From: the human T2T-CHM13v2.0 reference genome, Homo sapiens
Assembly: GCF_009914755.1 (NCBI RefSeq)
Contig: NC_060930.1
Length of the DNA: 64,000 nt
Direction: 5' to 3' (one strand)
Every line of letters begins with the position of its first letter. The stretch's first letter is position 1. Under the pieces are notes generated by a model. The model worked only from the letters and a program-made list of their open reading frames with translations, searched no databases and was not told where the DNA came from. Below, in pieces: positions 14,854 through 32,878 of this stretch. The translations under genes and the position numbers were made by a program.

Positions 14854-16155
14854 ACAGATCACAGATAGCGCTTCAAAGAGCCATTTGTACCAGACCCTTT
14901 GTGTAGTGTGAGAGATGAGATGGACTCTTCAATGTCTTGGTTTCCTACCAGCACTTCCCCAGCTCCAGGTTTCGGTATTTCAGGGTTGAGTGGGCAGGCG
15001 TGATAGAGCACATGTGTGTATCACACATAAAGAAGATGCAGGACAGAGAGAGCTGAAGAAATGTGCGACGTGAAATGAAAAGCCAGTTAAGAACAAATTG
15101 TCATCTCTCCAAAGCAGATCAACTGTTGGCTGCCAGATCATTCAGTACTGATGCCTCATCAGTACACATCTTCCAGACATTAATAAAATTAAGGAACAAA
15201 ATGTATTGGTTTTCTTCTTGCTCTTGTCCTGAAAAAGAATGAGCTGTACATAGCTTCATAACTAATTTGTGCAATATAATTAATGTCTCCTTTCTTTGTA
15301 ATATCTTTAATTTGCTAGTCTAAGAGAGGTGGAAAGAATCAGAGCTGAGAACAAAGAATTTCCATTCACAAAGGTATTCGCTTTCAGCGATGGAATTACA
15401 ACCCAAGGAAAGGAAAGTTATCGTGGCTATGAGTTCCAACCTACACACTGCTGCCAAATTTATCTTCCTTGAGTTCAGGGTTGAATACGTCACTTCTGTA
15501 TTCTAAACTGTTTTCATTATCAAAAGCAGTATCCCTCAAATATTTTTCTCAGAATTATCTTTGTATTTCTTGAGAAAATAAATTCCAGGATTAAATAAAT
15601 GTAGGAAATGATGGTCAAGCAAAATTTCTTACTATAAAACTTTAAATAATCTGAAGCATGACTCTCCAAGGTATATGGCATTTCTGAAACTTATTTCACC
15701 AAGATAGTCCCCCCACCATATCCCTAAAAACCAAAACCAAAACAAAACCAAAAAACCCCAAAAAACCATTGATAATTTTTCAATGAAAATCAGAATTCTG
15801 TAAAACACATTTCTGGAAACCCTCATCGACCCCACGAAGAGACTGGATGCTAGTTTAAGTCCCTGCTCTAGCTCTTACTTGCTAAGTGATATTGGGCAAA
15901 ACCTTTAAATTTTCCTAATATTTTTGCTTATTAGTATAATGGGATAATAACTTTCTCAAGTTTGTCATGAAAACTGAGATGTTGATGTTGGTCTTTGGCA
16001 CATAGTGTGCACATAGTAAATAGTAATTGTTATGTTATTGTTATCAACCTAGGATGTAGATCCTGGTTTTCCAGCTTTATGAAAGCAGGGAAGCAGGGGC
16101 CAAAGGGTGGGAGGTCTTGTAAGCCATAAGAAGTTAATGGAAGAAATGGAGATGG

Positions 16156-16473
16156 TTTTGTTTTTTGTGGGGTTTTTTTTGGTTTTTTTTTTGAGACGGA
16201 GTCTCACTCTGTTGCCCGGGCTTCAGTACAGTGGTGTAATCCCGGCTCACTGCAACCTCCGCCTCCCTGGTTCAAGCAATTCCCCTGACTCAGCCTCATG
16301 AGTAGCTGGGATTACAGGCACACACTACCACGCCCAGCTAATTTTTGTATTTTTAGTAGAGACGGGGTTTCACCATGTTGGTCAGGCTGGTCTCGAACTC
16401 CTGACCTCGTGATCCACCTGCCTCGGCCTCCCAAAGTGCTGGGATTACAGGCATGAACCACCATGCCCAGCCT
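16156..16473 (-). mobile_element. Alu (AluS)
   Basis: Reverse-complement Alu. Confidence 0.93.
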
Positions 16474-16567
16474 GGAAAAGGTTTTAATAGAGAAAAGGGA
16501 TTTGAATTATCCTTCCCTTCAAGGGCAGCTAAGAAACCTTGCCCTTGTCTTAAATGTGTAAGTTTTG

Positions 16568-16881
<314 letters not shown>

Positions 16882-18348
16882 TCATTAGCCAAGGCCCTGC
16901 CCAAATGCCTTTCTCAATGCCCTCATGCAGTACCTCATTGGCGGTTTGCAATAATTTCTTCCTGTACACTTCTGTAGCCTTTTTTTTCTAAATTTCTTTT
17001 TTAGCATTTATCACTTGCTACTACATATTAAAGTTATTTATGTGCTGCTATATTTATTTCTCCAACTAGCATGCTTTCAAAGCATGCCCACATCTTGTCC
17101 CATACTTTTAAGCATAATACAGTCACCTGTAAAATGATCACTAAAATTTGTCAAATGAAAAACGTGCCCAATTCTTTATAGTTTACAAAGTGGCTAATTA
17201 CATCACTCTAAATAAATATAGGAACCGCTTATTTTTCTCCGAAGTTATCAGGAATCTACAAGTTTAGATCTTTTTCTGAAAGTAATTTCCATCTGAGTAT
17301 CATCTGCTGCCCTCCTGTGTTTGACACAAATATTCTCTCAGATGAGAACAACAAAAACAGAATAGCTCAATTAAATTTATTTGGACGGCACTTTTACTTT
17401 CAGATACTTGAAATGTGTTTCCACACAAAACAATTGTGCTGCCTACTAAGATTATTTTTCTTCAATCTTTATTCAATATATTTCAAATTACATTTTTTAC
17501 TTAGAGTTATATGAGATCTTTCATATTGGTCTGATATTCTTTCAATATAATCTACTAAACTTTTAGTATTTCCATTTAAAAAATCTGAGACAACTTATTT
17601 CAAATTATTCTAATACTATTTTTGTATACTAGACCTACTTGGGCAACAGTACAAGACTCTGTACTTCGAAACTAGAAAAACCTGGTTACTAGTTGTGCGA
17701 TCTTGTGCAAATTACTTTTCTGAACCTGTTTCATTTGCAAAATGAAGACAGTACCTCCCAAAGATCACACAAAACACTTAGCACACCATAAAAATGCTCA
17801 ATATGTTAGCTGTTATTAATACTATAGGAAACATGCTTTCAAATGGCTCTTCTTTGGTATTACCTATTATGGTAAAGTTAAAGACTGCCTAAGAACATGA
17901 ATTAGCATGGGCCCAATATATCACCTGGATTAAGCCCTGTCCTTTGATATTCAACACTCAAGATTTATTGGACACCTGGGATGTGTTAGACATCATTCTA
18001 GATACTTAGGATATATTGGTTTGTAAAAAAGACCAAAATCCTTGCCTTTGTGAAACCTCACTCTTCATGGAGGTCTTTAAGTTACTGACTTCCTTCTAAA
18101 TTCTTACTGTACATGTTACTCATTTCTTTACATATGCTATCCCATACCATATATCCAGTCCTTTCCTCTCTATCTCCAATGCAGGCTGTCATCTCTCTTG
18201 TTCTACTGCTACAGCCTTGAATTGGGGACAGGAGCTCACTCTAATGACACTTTGTATACCTTTATCAAGTTTTGTAAGGATGGTGACTTAGTTTGACTCT
18301 GCTACTCTTTAAAGAGGAAAAAAAATTAGTGTTGACATTTTTATTTAA

Positions 18349-18777
<429 letters not shown>

Positions 18778-20286
18778 AATTTCATCCATTTTTGATAAAA
18801 TATCTGCCAGATACCCAAGTGTAAACAACCATAGTTTAATCTCCTATAGTCATTCTTTCCAGTAAAAATGGTAAGAAAGAAATCCCAGGGAAACTGAAGC
18901 CAAAACTATTTTCATAAAAGTAAGATTTTACTTGCCTTTCTTACCATTAACATTTGCACAGATGGTGCAAAAGCAATAGTGATAAAACTACCAGCACTTA
19001 GCATGAATCAATGGAGGGGCACAAAAATGTATTGCTAGTCATTGTATACTTCATTGCCATGCACCCTCAGTAAAAACAAAAACAAAAAACCTCAGTTTCA
19101 CTTAAGAATGTGCTTGATGAAGCAGTAAAAATTGCTAACTTTATGAAATCTTAGCCCTTAAGATGTCTTTTAATATTCTGTGTGATGAAATTCATAATAT
19201 GCATAAAGCATTTCTGCTGCCTACCAAAGGACAATAGTTTTCTCAAGGAAAAACACTTTTTATTATTTGAGTTGCAAATTGAATTGGCTGCCTTTTTTTT
19301 TTTTTTCTCAAGGCACATATTTACAAGAAAAAAATGACAAACTGTATCTTGTTACTCAGACTTGGGTATGTATTGGGTATGTATTTGGCAGACATTTTCT
19401 TGAAAATGAACCAAGTGGGCCTTTCACTTAAAGGAAAACAATAATATTTGCTATCAACCTCATGCTTGATAGCTTGATCAAGTTCAAGCTATCAAGTAAA
19501 AACTTAAACTTGTGGAAAACTTATACCTTCACAGTAGGTCTTTCAGTTTCCCAATACTATAAAACCTTCCTGAGACAGGGATGATATTACTCAATGTGAT
19601 TTTTGATATGTATAATGAATGTAACAACATTTGGAAGGTCTGTATAACTCAGTAACCCATTACTTTTCAGATGACTGATGCATGATGTTCCAAATCAGGT
19701 ATGGGTAAAAGATCCATTCAAAGCTCAACATACATGAATGAATTTTAATGGAACAGAATAAAAAGTTCATTAAACCAGTTTCAGATTCCATGTTGTAACT
19801 AACCTTTAAGAAACTACCACTTGTTGGGTTTTAGTATAATATCAAAGAAGTATATGTACATCTATTTGAAAAAGTTAAATATTGCTCCTATACTAAATAT
19901 TTATGAGAAGTGGATTTTTTCATACTTCGACAAAAATTTCATATCCCAACAGTTTGAATGCAAAAGCAAATATGGGAATCAAGCTGTCCTCTATTAAGCC
20001 AAACACAGAAGACCTCTGAAAAACCGGTTTTTCTTAAAAGCCATTCTTCTCACTAAATTATGTCTTGGTAAATTGCCATTTTTCATAAAACAAAAAAAGT
20101 TTTTGTTAACATGAAATGGTTTTATTATCATTATTTTTACCATTGACCTTTCTGAGAATTTTCATTATTTTTCAATGAATTAAAACTTTTGTTTTCATTT
20201 CTATGGTGGTGAATATCAATAGCCACAATCCACATAAACAGAGGCTCTTTGGTGTCTTCTACAATTTTCTAGTGTAACGAAAAGTT

Positions 20287-21255
<969 letters not shown>

Positions 21256-21628
21256 CTCGCTTGCCAGCTTGTCATTTCTGGAGACATGGCCACAAATTCC
21301 CAAGAAAAAAAAAAGGATGCATTTTAAAGAGGCTAGGGAGGACAATGACAGCAAAGACTGCAAAGAGTTTTAAAACAGGAGAAAAAGAAGATGGGATACA
21401 ATAACCACAAATTTCAATACTGAAGGCATTGTGGGCCTGAAAATAACGCTCTTGGGAAAAGTGGCAGTCGGGGAATTAATTATAAAGGTAGACACGGCGG
21501 ATCTAAGTGCCTGGCCATGGACACTGGCATGCGCTCCCTCACCCAAACCCACTTCCCGCTCAGCTCTTTCCGGAGCCTTCCACCCTAACACAGAAAGTTC
21601 ACACCAAGAGACTGAACGATTTCTAAAC

Positions 21629-21634
21629 TTTATG
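21629..21634 (-). terminator. SF3B5: Probable SF3B5 polyadenylation signal (variant CATAAA)
   Basis: CATAAA ~330 nt after the stop, followed ~20-40 nt downstream by GU-rich TCTCTTGGTGTGAACTTTCTGTGTT; no minus-strand AATAAA seen between the stop and this site. Confidence 0.6.
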
Positions 21635-21965
21635 GAAAAAGCCAATGACAATCAATTAGCCAAAAACGAGACGCCAAATCCCATCTCACTCCAGCGCCAT
21701 GCCCTCTTCTCAAACGCTCGCCGGCTCTAGGACCTCTCCACCAGCACAGTTCTCAGGAGTCCTGCTGGTCTCCCAGTGCTGTTCTAAGGGTCCACATGAA
21801 GGCAGGTCAGGCGGGACTCCCCGGGCAAGCACTTCTGTACGCGGAAAGCACGAGGCGCAGGAGCCATGGAGAGCCGGTCCTTTGGAGACAGGAATACTTA
21901 AGAGGATTGGCAAACCGGAGAAACGCTGGGAGAGGTGCCCCGCACTGCGGTGGTAAGGCAGAGTC

Positions 21966-22226
21966 TCAGTTCTCCTCGGGCTTGTCGGCTGGCGGTCCAC
22001 AAGGCTGAAGCATCTTTTCCATCAAGTTGAAGCGGACTCGCGCTTTGCTCTCATTCTCCGCAATGGCGAAGTAGTTGAGAAGGTCGAAGTGGCCCATGTA
22101 GGAGCAGTACGAGTCGCGGTGTTGGTTCACCAGCCACTCCCACTTGGTGGTGTCGGCGTGGCCCGTGCCGATGTACTTGGACTGCAGGTGCTCCAGCTGG
22201 CTATGGATGGTGTAGCGGTCAGTCAT
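21966..22226 (-). CDS. SF3B5: Splicing factor 3B subunit 5 (SF3b10), 86 aa, intronless
   Basis: Translation MTDRYTIHSQLEHLQSKYIGTGHADTTKWEW...PPADKPEEN is the recognised SF3B5 protein; intact ORF in CpG-rich context. Confidence 0.99.
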   Translation of the reverse strand: MTDRYTIHSQLEHLQSKYIGTGHADTTKWEWLVNQHRDSYCSYMGHFDLLNYFAIAENESKARVRFNLMEKMLQPCGPPADKPEEN

Positions 22227-22909
<683 letters not shown>

Positions 22910-23319
22910 CCTGGTCGCGTTTTAAAAGTGATCTGGGGACCTAGTGGAGGGCGATGTCTGGAGGTGGGGAGCATCCGTGGGTGGCTTGGGGCTGATAGGA
23001 AATGGGAAACCCAAGAATGACTGGACTACGAGCAGCCCCGAAAATAAACTCTTGGTGTATTTCGGAGCCGTCGTGGCGGCACGGCCGTCCCTTCACAACC
23101 GGGGATGGATTACCCAGAAGTCAGCAGGCGCCAGTTCTGGTCCCAACTATGTCTCTTAGGAGTTTGTGGCATAAAAGAGTTATTTCAGCTCTAACCAGGG
23201 TGCTTGGTGAGCAAGTACAGCACCAGTTCCCACACATTCCGGCTTCCACCTCAAGCTCCTCCTTCCTCTCTAGCCACTTATTTTGATATCCTCCCTCCAA
23301 GGCCTCACCTCACCCTACT

Positions 23320-23626
23320 TGGCTCTTCCATTCAGTGGGTTTTGTGGATTCAACCAACCTGATTGAAAATATTGGGGGAAAATATCAGTCTGTACCGAAA
23401 TGCAGACTTTTTAAGGTTATTATTCCCTAAACAATACAGTATAACAACTATTTACATAGCATTTACATTGTATTAGGTATGTTAAATAATCTAGAGACAA
23501 ACTATACAGGAGGATGTGCGTATATGCAAATACAAGCCGTTTTATATCAGGGACTTGAGCATCCTCTAGTTTTGGTATCCATGGGGGTCCTGGAACAAAT
23601 CACTCACGAATACTGAGGGACAACTG
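23320..23626 (-). mobile_element. MER2 (Tigger-derived MITE)
   Basis: Terminus CAGTTGTCCCTCAGTATTC on minus; TATAACAACTATTTACATAGCATTTACATTGTATTAGGTAT core. Confidence 0.85.
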
Positions 23627-24429
23627 TATTTCTCCATGTTACCTGTTGTGTCCATCCCCATTTCCTTGTACAAGCTATTCCCTCTACGTGGAATGTCTGT
23701 TCCCTTGGTGAACGCATCTCCCTTTAAAGGCAGCTCAAATGCATCTCCTTAGAGTTTTCTCTGGCTGCTCCAGACAGATGTAAACTCTCTTTCCTCTTTG
23801 CAAGTTATACGTCTCTTCCTTATTATTGCTTTATGTCCTACTGTTTGGTTTAATAACTTCCTTACATGGGTAGAAGCTACTTGAAAAAAAGATCCTTTTT
23901 TTAAAAAAAAAAAGTCCAAAACAAAAATTTGATAAATGGATAAATTATTACAACCGAAGAGAAGGAAAACTTTACTGGGAAGGAGATAACTTGAAAATAA
24001 TTTTATTCTGCTGTTTAAACTTCGTTATAACAAATGTTTCACTCCTAAAATGTAAAGAATTTTGCCAGGCATACTTGTGGGAGATGTATCAAACCTTAAC
24101 ATTTTGCCATTTTTCTATGGAGCCTGTTTTTTTGATTGCTGAAAGTGTGTATCCATGCACAATAGTTGTTTTTGTTATGCAAGTTTTAAAGCTCTATATA
24201 AATAACACTCCGTCTATATTGTTATAAAAGTTGCTTTTTGCCCTTGTCAGTATTCATGTTACATGTTATGTAACTTTAGTTCATTGTTTACTGCTATACA
24301 GTATGTCACTTAATTAGTATAACATAACATGTCCACTCTCTCAATGATGGGCATTTATTTTCGTATTTTTGTTATTAGAAACAATGCCGAAATAAATATT
24401 CTTATACATGTGAAGGTGTTTCTCCAGGG

Positions 24430-27061
24430 CAGTGGTCCTCAACCTTTTTGGCACCAGGGACTGGTTTCGTGGAAGACAATTTTTCCACGGACAGGGGTTA
24501 TGGCAATGGTTTCGGGATGATTCAGGTGCATTACATTTATTGTGCACTTTATTTCTATTATTATTACATTGTAACATATAATGAAATAATTGTACAACTC
24601 ACCATAATGTAGAATCATTGGGAGCCCTGAGCTTATTTTCTTGCAACTAGACAGTCCCATCTGGGGGTGATGGGGGATAGTGACACCAAAAGTATGTTGC
24701 TTATGTCCAGTCTACTCTGTAATCTCGTTTTGGTTGCTATCACTGCAGAAAACCCTCATTCACATAGATAGGATGTTGGAAATGGAAGCAGACTTTTCTG
24801 TGCTTTGGTGCCAATCTGAGGATATTCCACCTTGACTCTAATCCAGAACATACGGAGATTTGAAGTTGTCTCAAACATACTTTTAAGCCACCATTATTTG
24901 CAGTCTCAAGCAGTTGATCTTCTAGCACGGGCAAAGTTGATTCACCTGGTTTTTTCACAAATGCGTCATAGATCCATTCCTTCCCAGTTCAGAGGTCTTT
25001 TGTAATTGGGAAGTAATGCCCAAACTCTATTGAATGTAAGACAGGTGATCATGCACCGGCTGGGAGAAAGAAGGCCCTGGCTCAGTCTCTTTCAAAATCT
25101 CTACTAATGTTTGAAATGTCAAAAATCCCGGTGTTGACTTGTAACCCCCATAATTCCAGTTGGATTTGAATGCAGCCACTTTATCTGCCAACTTGAACAC
25201 AGTTGTTCTCCTCTAAAGTGACAGATTGAATTCTCTGAGCAGGTTGAATATGTCACACAAGTAAGCAAGTTTTGCCACCTATCCTGTGTCACTGAAATGT
25301 GCTTCCAGTGGTGACTATTTTTCTAAAAGAAATCTCTGTAGCAGCCCTCCTAACTCAAAAACTCTGGCCAGTGATCTACCTTTAGAAAGCCATCTCACCT
25401 CTGTGTATAAGAAAGATGAATGCGCTCTGTGTCCATCTCCTCACAGAGCTGTGCAAACAGACGTGAGTTAAGGGCATGTACTTCAATATAGCTGATAATT
25501 TTAATCACATCCTGCAAAACGTTGTGAAGTTCAGGTGACATTTTTCAGCTAGCCAGCATTTCCCCATGGACGACACAGTGCACAGACACATTCAGAAGCA
25601 ACCTCTTTGACCCAAGTAGTGAAACCAGAAAGCTGTCCAGTCATGGCAGTTGCTCCACCCATGCTTATACCAACACAAAATGACCAATTCAGTTTTCTTG
25701 ATTTGTAGTCATTTAAAGACTTGAATAGTTCTGCAGCTGTGGTGTTGGCTGGCAACAAAAGTACACATAACATAGCCTCTTGCACATCCTCCTGAAAATA
25801 TATTCACAAAAACAAGCGTTGTTGCCTTGTTGTCAGGATTGGTAGACTCGTCAACCTGGATTGTGTACCATGGTGACTTATTAATCCTCTCTAACAATTA
25901 TGCCTCAATATCCTCTGCTATTACATCAGTTTGTCTAGTTGTGGTGCTAGCCAAAGAGGAATGTGTGCCTTCTTTTGAACTGCAGCCTCTCCTAAAAGTT
26001 CACAACAGATGTCCTTAGCAGCAGGGAGGATCAACTCTTCACCAACAGTAAAGGGCTTCTTAGCTTTAGCAATGTGGTTAGCCATTGACTGATGTTCTCA
26101 GTACAGACACACTTGATGCGGTAGTGGCCTTCAATAATTGCTTCTGTTTGTGTTCATGTTTTTTTCTTTTGAAAAACTCCAAAACCTCGTCTTTTAATGC
26201 AAGTTGCTTGGTCTCCATGTGGTAAAGCGGTTTTGAGGCTTTCATAGTTTCGGTGGATAGAGAGTTACCAAGTATTCTACAAAATGAGCTTGGAGAATGT
26301 GAATTACTTGTTGCAAAGAGTAATTTAAGTAGGACCCTCGGTGTTTTCTTTTAAATGCAGCTTTCTTTTCACTGTCAGTCTTAGAGTCTTCTATCTCATC
26401 ATTGGGTCTTTCTCCTTTTTCAAAGAAGCTCTCTAGTGATGTTTGTTTTTTACTTATTTTGGCTGGGGTTAGCTTGTGTGCTTACCAAAACAGTGGCTGA
26501 GACAAGTGCTGGAAAGAAGCATGGATGGAAGTGGTAAATAATGGGTGGGCCATCCACAGACTAAAATAAGTGTTGAATTGTGACTTAAAGCCTGCCACCA
26601 GATGCAGCTGTATAACTGAAGTACATCAATTCACTTGCCACTATAAAGCCTGCCACCAGATGCAGCTTAATTGCTACTTACCACTCATTGACAGGGTTTT
26701 GATATGAGTCTGGAAGCAATTGATTTATTATGGTCTCTGTGTAGTCAAACCTCTGCTAACGTTAATCTATATTTGCAGCTGCTTCCCAGTGCAAGCTGCA
26801 ATAAACACCTCAGCTCCACCTCAGATCATCAGGCATTAGATTCTTATAAGGAGTGCACCACCTAGATCCCTCACATGCATAGTTCACAATAGGGTTCAAG
26901 CTCCTATGAGAATCTAATGCCACTGCTTATCTGACGGGAGGCGAAGCTCAGGCAGTAGTGCCAGTGATGGGGAGTGTCTGTAAATACGGATGAAGCTTTG
27001 CTTGCTTGCTCACTGCTCACCTCCTGCTGTTTGGCCCAGTTCCAGGGGTTGTGGACCCCTG
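24430..27061 (-). mobile_element. Charlie3 hAT DNA transposon, near full length, decayed transposase
   Basis: TIRs CAGTGGTCCTCAACC / GGTTGTGGACCCCTG; 8-bp TSD CTCCAGGG (24422-24429) / CTCTAGGG (27062-27069); minus-strand ORF fragments IQVDEST, NTTAAELF, GATAMTG typical of Buster/Charlie transposases; ends match MER1B. Confidence 0.9.
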
Positions 27062-27069
27062 CTCTAGGG

Positions 27070-28400
<1,331 letters not shown>

Positions 28401-28552
28401 ATTGTGATAGAGTAGAACAAAGCCGTGAAAATTAATTTAATACTATTTCTATATCATTAAGAATGATTCTAAGATATGAGAGAATTCCTCAAATTCAAAA
28501 GCCTTTAGAGGTAAATGGAAAATGCCCTTATGTGTATTAATTAAGAATCAAG

Positions 28553-29133
<581 letters not shown>

Positions 29134-29292
29134 GTTATATACAGTGACATGGAATACATAAAATAACTTGCTTTTTACATATTTGTGAATTTAATTAGAT
29201 TTATGAAAATAATTGAAATACTTGAAAAGATTTTATTTATTAAATCAGATAATTGCAATACTTACAAGGAGCATAAAATATATTAATAACTA

Positions 29293-29599
<307 letters not shown>

Positions 29600-30040
29600 A
29601 TTAACTATGATTTAAAGTGTTTAAAATAGTTAAACTTTGGAGTAGAACTAAATTTTATTCAAAGTCCCCTTTAAAACGATCGCTAAAATTTGCTAAACTT
29701 AGAAATAGATTAGGATTTTTAGCTGAAGTTAAAAGCTTAAGGGAACAGGTAGTTTTTCAATTTATAAGTTTAGCAGAGGGAGCATCAGCTTTTAAAACCT
29801 AAATAAATGCCTGAATAGTAGTTTCTACATTCCCCCAGATGATCCTTAAAGGCACTACAAAGCCTCACATTTAATGAAGTCAGCTTTCAAATAGTATGAA
29901 AACCGTGCTGCAATTTTTAATTGTAATTATATTTAATTTTTAACTTGGAGAGAGTTGTCATCTTAACTATGTTGAATTTTCTCATTGATGCACATGGTAT
30001 ATTTTTTCATTTATTTACTTCTTTCTTTCTTTGTCTTCTT

Positions 30041-30165
30041 CCTTTCCTTTCCTTTCCTTTCCTTTCCTTTCCTTTCCTTTCCTTTCCTTTCCTTTCCTTT
30101 CCTTTCCTTTCCTTTCCTTTCCTTTCCTTTCCTTTCCTTTCCTTTCCTTTCCTTTCCTTTCCTTT
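30041..30165 (-). repeat. Perfect (AAAGG)25 pentanucleotide repeat forming an Alu tail
   Basis: 25 uninterrupted CCTTT units on plus, directly abutting the Alu 3' end. Confidence 0.97.
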
Positions 30166-30440
30166 GACAGAGTCTTGCTCTGTTGCTCAGGCTGGAGTGT
30201 AGTGATATGATCTCGGCTCGCTGCAACCTCCACCTCCCAGATTCAAGCAATTTCTCATGCCTCAGCCTCCCGAGTGGCTGGGATTACAGGCATGTGCCCC
30301 CATGCCTGGCTAATTTTTTTGTGTTTTTAGTAGAGACAGGGGTCACCATATTGGCCAGGCCGGTCTTGAACTCCTGGCCTCAAGGCCACCTCGGCCTCCC
30401 AAAGTGCAGGGATTACAGGCGTCAGCCACCGCAACCTGCC
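30166..30440 (-). mobile_element. Alu
   Basis: Reverse-complement Alu. Confidence 0.92.
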
Positions 30441-32530
30441 TAAGTCTACTTTTCTTAATGTAAAATAAAGCTGGTATAATTTTCTCCATTCATATCTTTA
30501 CCATATTCTGTTAAGTTTATTCCTGGGTATCTGCCATGTATACTTATATTACACATGAATTTTAAATTATGACCTAATAAGGAATATTACAATTTCTTAC
30601 ACTTGTTGACAATAAAGAATTTTGGTCTGGAACCAGCAATCTTATTGGCAAGACATGCCAGGAGAGCTGTGAGAATTTCCTAACCGAAGATATTACCTCA
30701 AGTCAATCCCACCTGTTAGGTTACTTTATGTAACTATCAAATGTTGTCTTTACTAGGTGACTTTGGGGAAGGAAAAAAAGTAAACAGAAATCTTAAAAAT
30801 AAAATTTTACAAATGCTGTCTTACAGTTCAGCATTTGAGTAAGGAAAAATATGCAATAAAAGATTCCATTAGAAAAGTGTATAGAATTTAAAATGTATAA
30901 AGAAAAATTACATATGTTTTAAGACAGAAAATTATATTCTGTTGGATCTGTTTTTGAAGCAAAGTCTTCCTTGTCTTTCTTGGCCTTGTGCTGCAGGCTT
31001 TAAATTTTTTAAGAAGCCATTTAACATTTTGACTAGCAAAGGCATAATCCACACATAGAGAACTATAACAAGGAACGCAGTATCTAACTTATACCATTTC
31101 TCACCCCCATCTTTAATGAGTAACCACACTGTATTAGTTTCTTGTGTATCCTTTGGGAGATTACATTCATGGATGTATAAGCAAACACAAATATGTATAG
31201 TATTTTACCCCCGTTTAAAATTCATATGGTAGCAAAATACTCACCATAATTCTCTACCTTGGTTTTTTGTGTTGGTTGTTTAATTCTGTTCTATGTTCTT
31301 TGATACATCATAGAGATCATCGCATATTAATACATAAAAGAGTTTTCTCATTCTTTTTTTCCTTGTATTATTGCCACATAATATTCCCTTGTATGAGTGT
31401 ATCATACTCCCAGTAACCACCCTTTTATTGATTACCCTTTATGTTGTTTCCACTGCTGCAATGAATAACCTTGCTGCAATGACTAATACTGTACATATGT
31501 TATATTGCACATGTACAAGTATATTCGTAGGGTGAATTCCTAGTAGTGGAATTAGAGCATTATTAAAGACAATGAAACTACTGTTGTGCACACACTTAAC
31601 GCAATCATGAATTTCTAACCATAGTGCTTTTCGGTGATTTTCAAATGTCTTGGATCACCAGAAATTATATTCAAATTTTATTATGATCTAAGAAAGACAT
31701 GAACTTTAAGTAGAAATTAACTGAAGTCACATTTCCCTTGGTGAAAAATTATTTTAGATATCATTTCTGTCTGTAAGCAAGTATTAGGAGGACTTTCAAT
31801 ATGTCCAGATGTTGAAATAATGTTTCACACTAGGGGTCGCCAAAACAGTATTTAAGGCCAACAAATGGAACAATGGTTGAGAACATTTTTATAATGAGGC
31901 ACCCTTGAGCTTCTCAATCACAGTAAGCAGGAACGGTGCCTTGTGAATGAGATGCTAAAAATAATACTTTGGTGTGCTGTATTTTTAAAGGCAACTAAGA
32001 CTTTGATAATTTAGGAGAAAAGGAAGCAACCATTCCCTTATACTTTGGGGGCATTACACAATAAGTGGTGATGTGGAATTTAGGTGATATGGAATTTAGA
32101 GAATTTTTAAAATAAATTTGCTAGTTATAATCTTATTTTTCTGTGATTGAAAATGTCTTTATCTTCTACTTTTCTTTTTCCAACCATTGTGGGTTTCATA
32201 TATCTGGGCAGATCTAGAACTCTCCATTTTTTAAGGGTTTTGCCCCTAATTGGGGATATACTACAAGGGTTAAATTTTATGTACTTTTCATATAACTTCT
32301 CTTGGGACAGATATGATTGCCATGGGCCTCCATTCTACAACTCATAAGATTTAATAGGCTGGTTCCTTTCTGTTCCTTAGTGATAACATTAAATCACAGG
32401 CCAGTGCAATTTTTAAACAATTTCTCAATGGAGAAATTTTACAAAGAAACATTGAAGCACTGTATGCATGTTCCATTTGTTACAGTAATATGAAATTTAC
32501 TCTTATAATAGTATTTTTATGAGAACAAGT

Positions 32531-32878
32531 GTCTTAGTTCAGGCTGCTATCACAAATGCCATAAATTGGGTAACTTAACAGAAATTTATTCATCAGAGTT
32601 CTAGAGGCTGGGAAGTCCAAGATTAAGTTCCAGAAGATTTGGTGTCTGGTGAGGGTCTGCTTCCTGGTTAATAGACAGACGTCCCTTCTCTGTGTCCTCA
32701 TGTGCCTGAAGGAGCATGGGAGCTCTCTTGGGCCTCTTTTATGAAGGCACTAATCCCATTCATGACAGCTCTCCTTTCATGAGCTAACCTCCCAAAGGCC
32801 GCACCTTCTAAAACCACCATCTTGGAGTTGAAATGTCAACAAATGAATTTTGGGGAGACACAAGCATTTAAACCACAG
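32531..32878 (-). mobile_element. MaLR LTR (MLT1A/MST-like)
   Basis: GTCTTAGTTCAGGCTGCTAT...GAATTTTGGGGAGACACAAGCATT. Confidence 0.7.

Noticed and set aside
21966-22226. SF3B5 as a processed pseudogene because it is intronless
   Set aside because: Intact canonical protein, CpG-island promoter, no genomic poly(A) tail or TSD; the functional gene is known to be single-exon.
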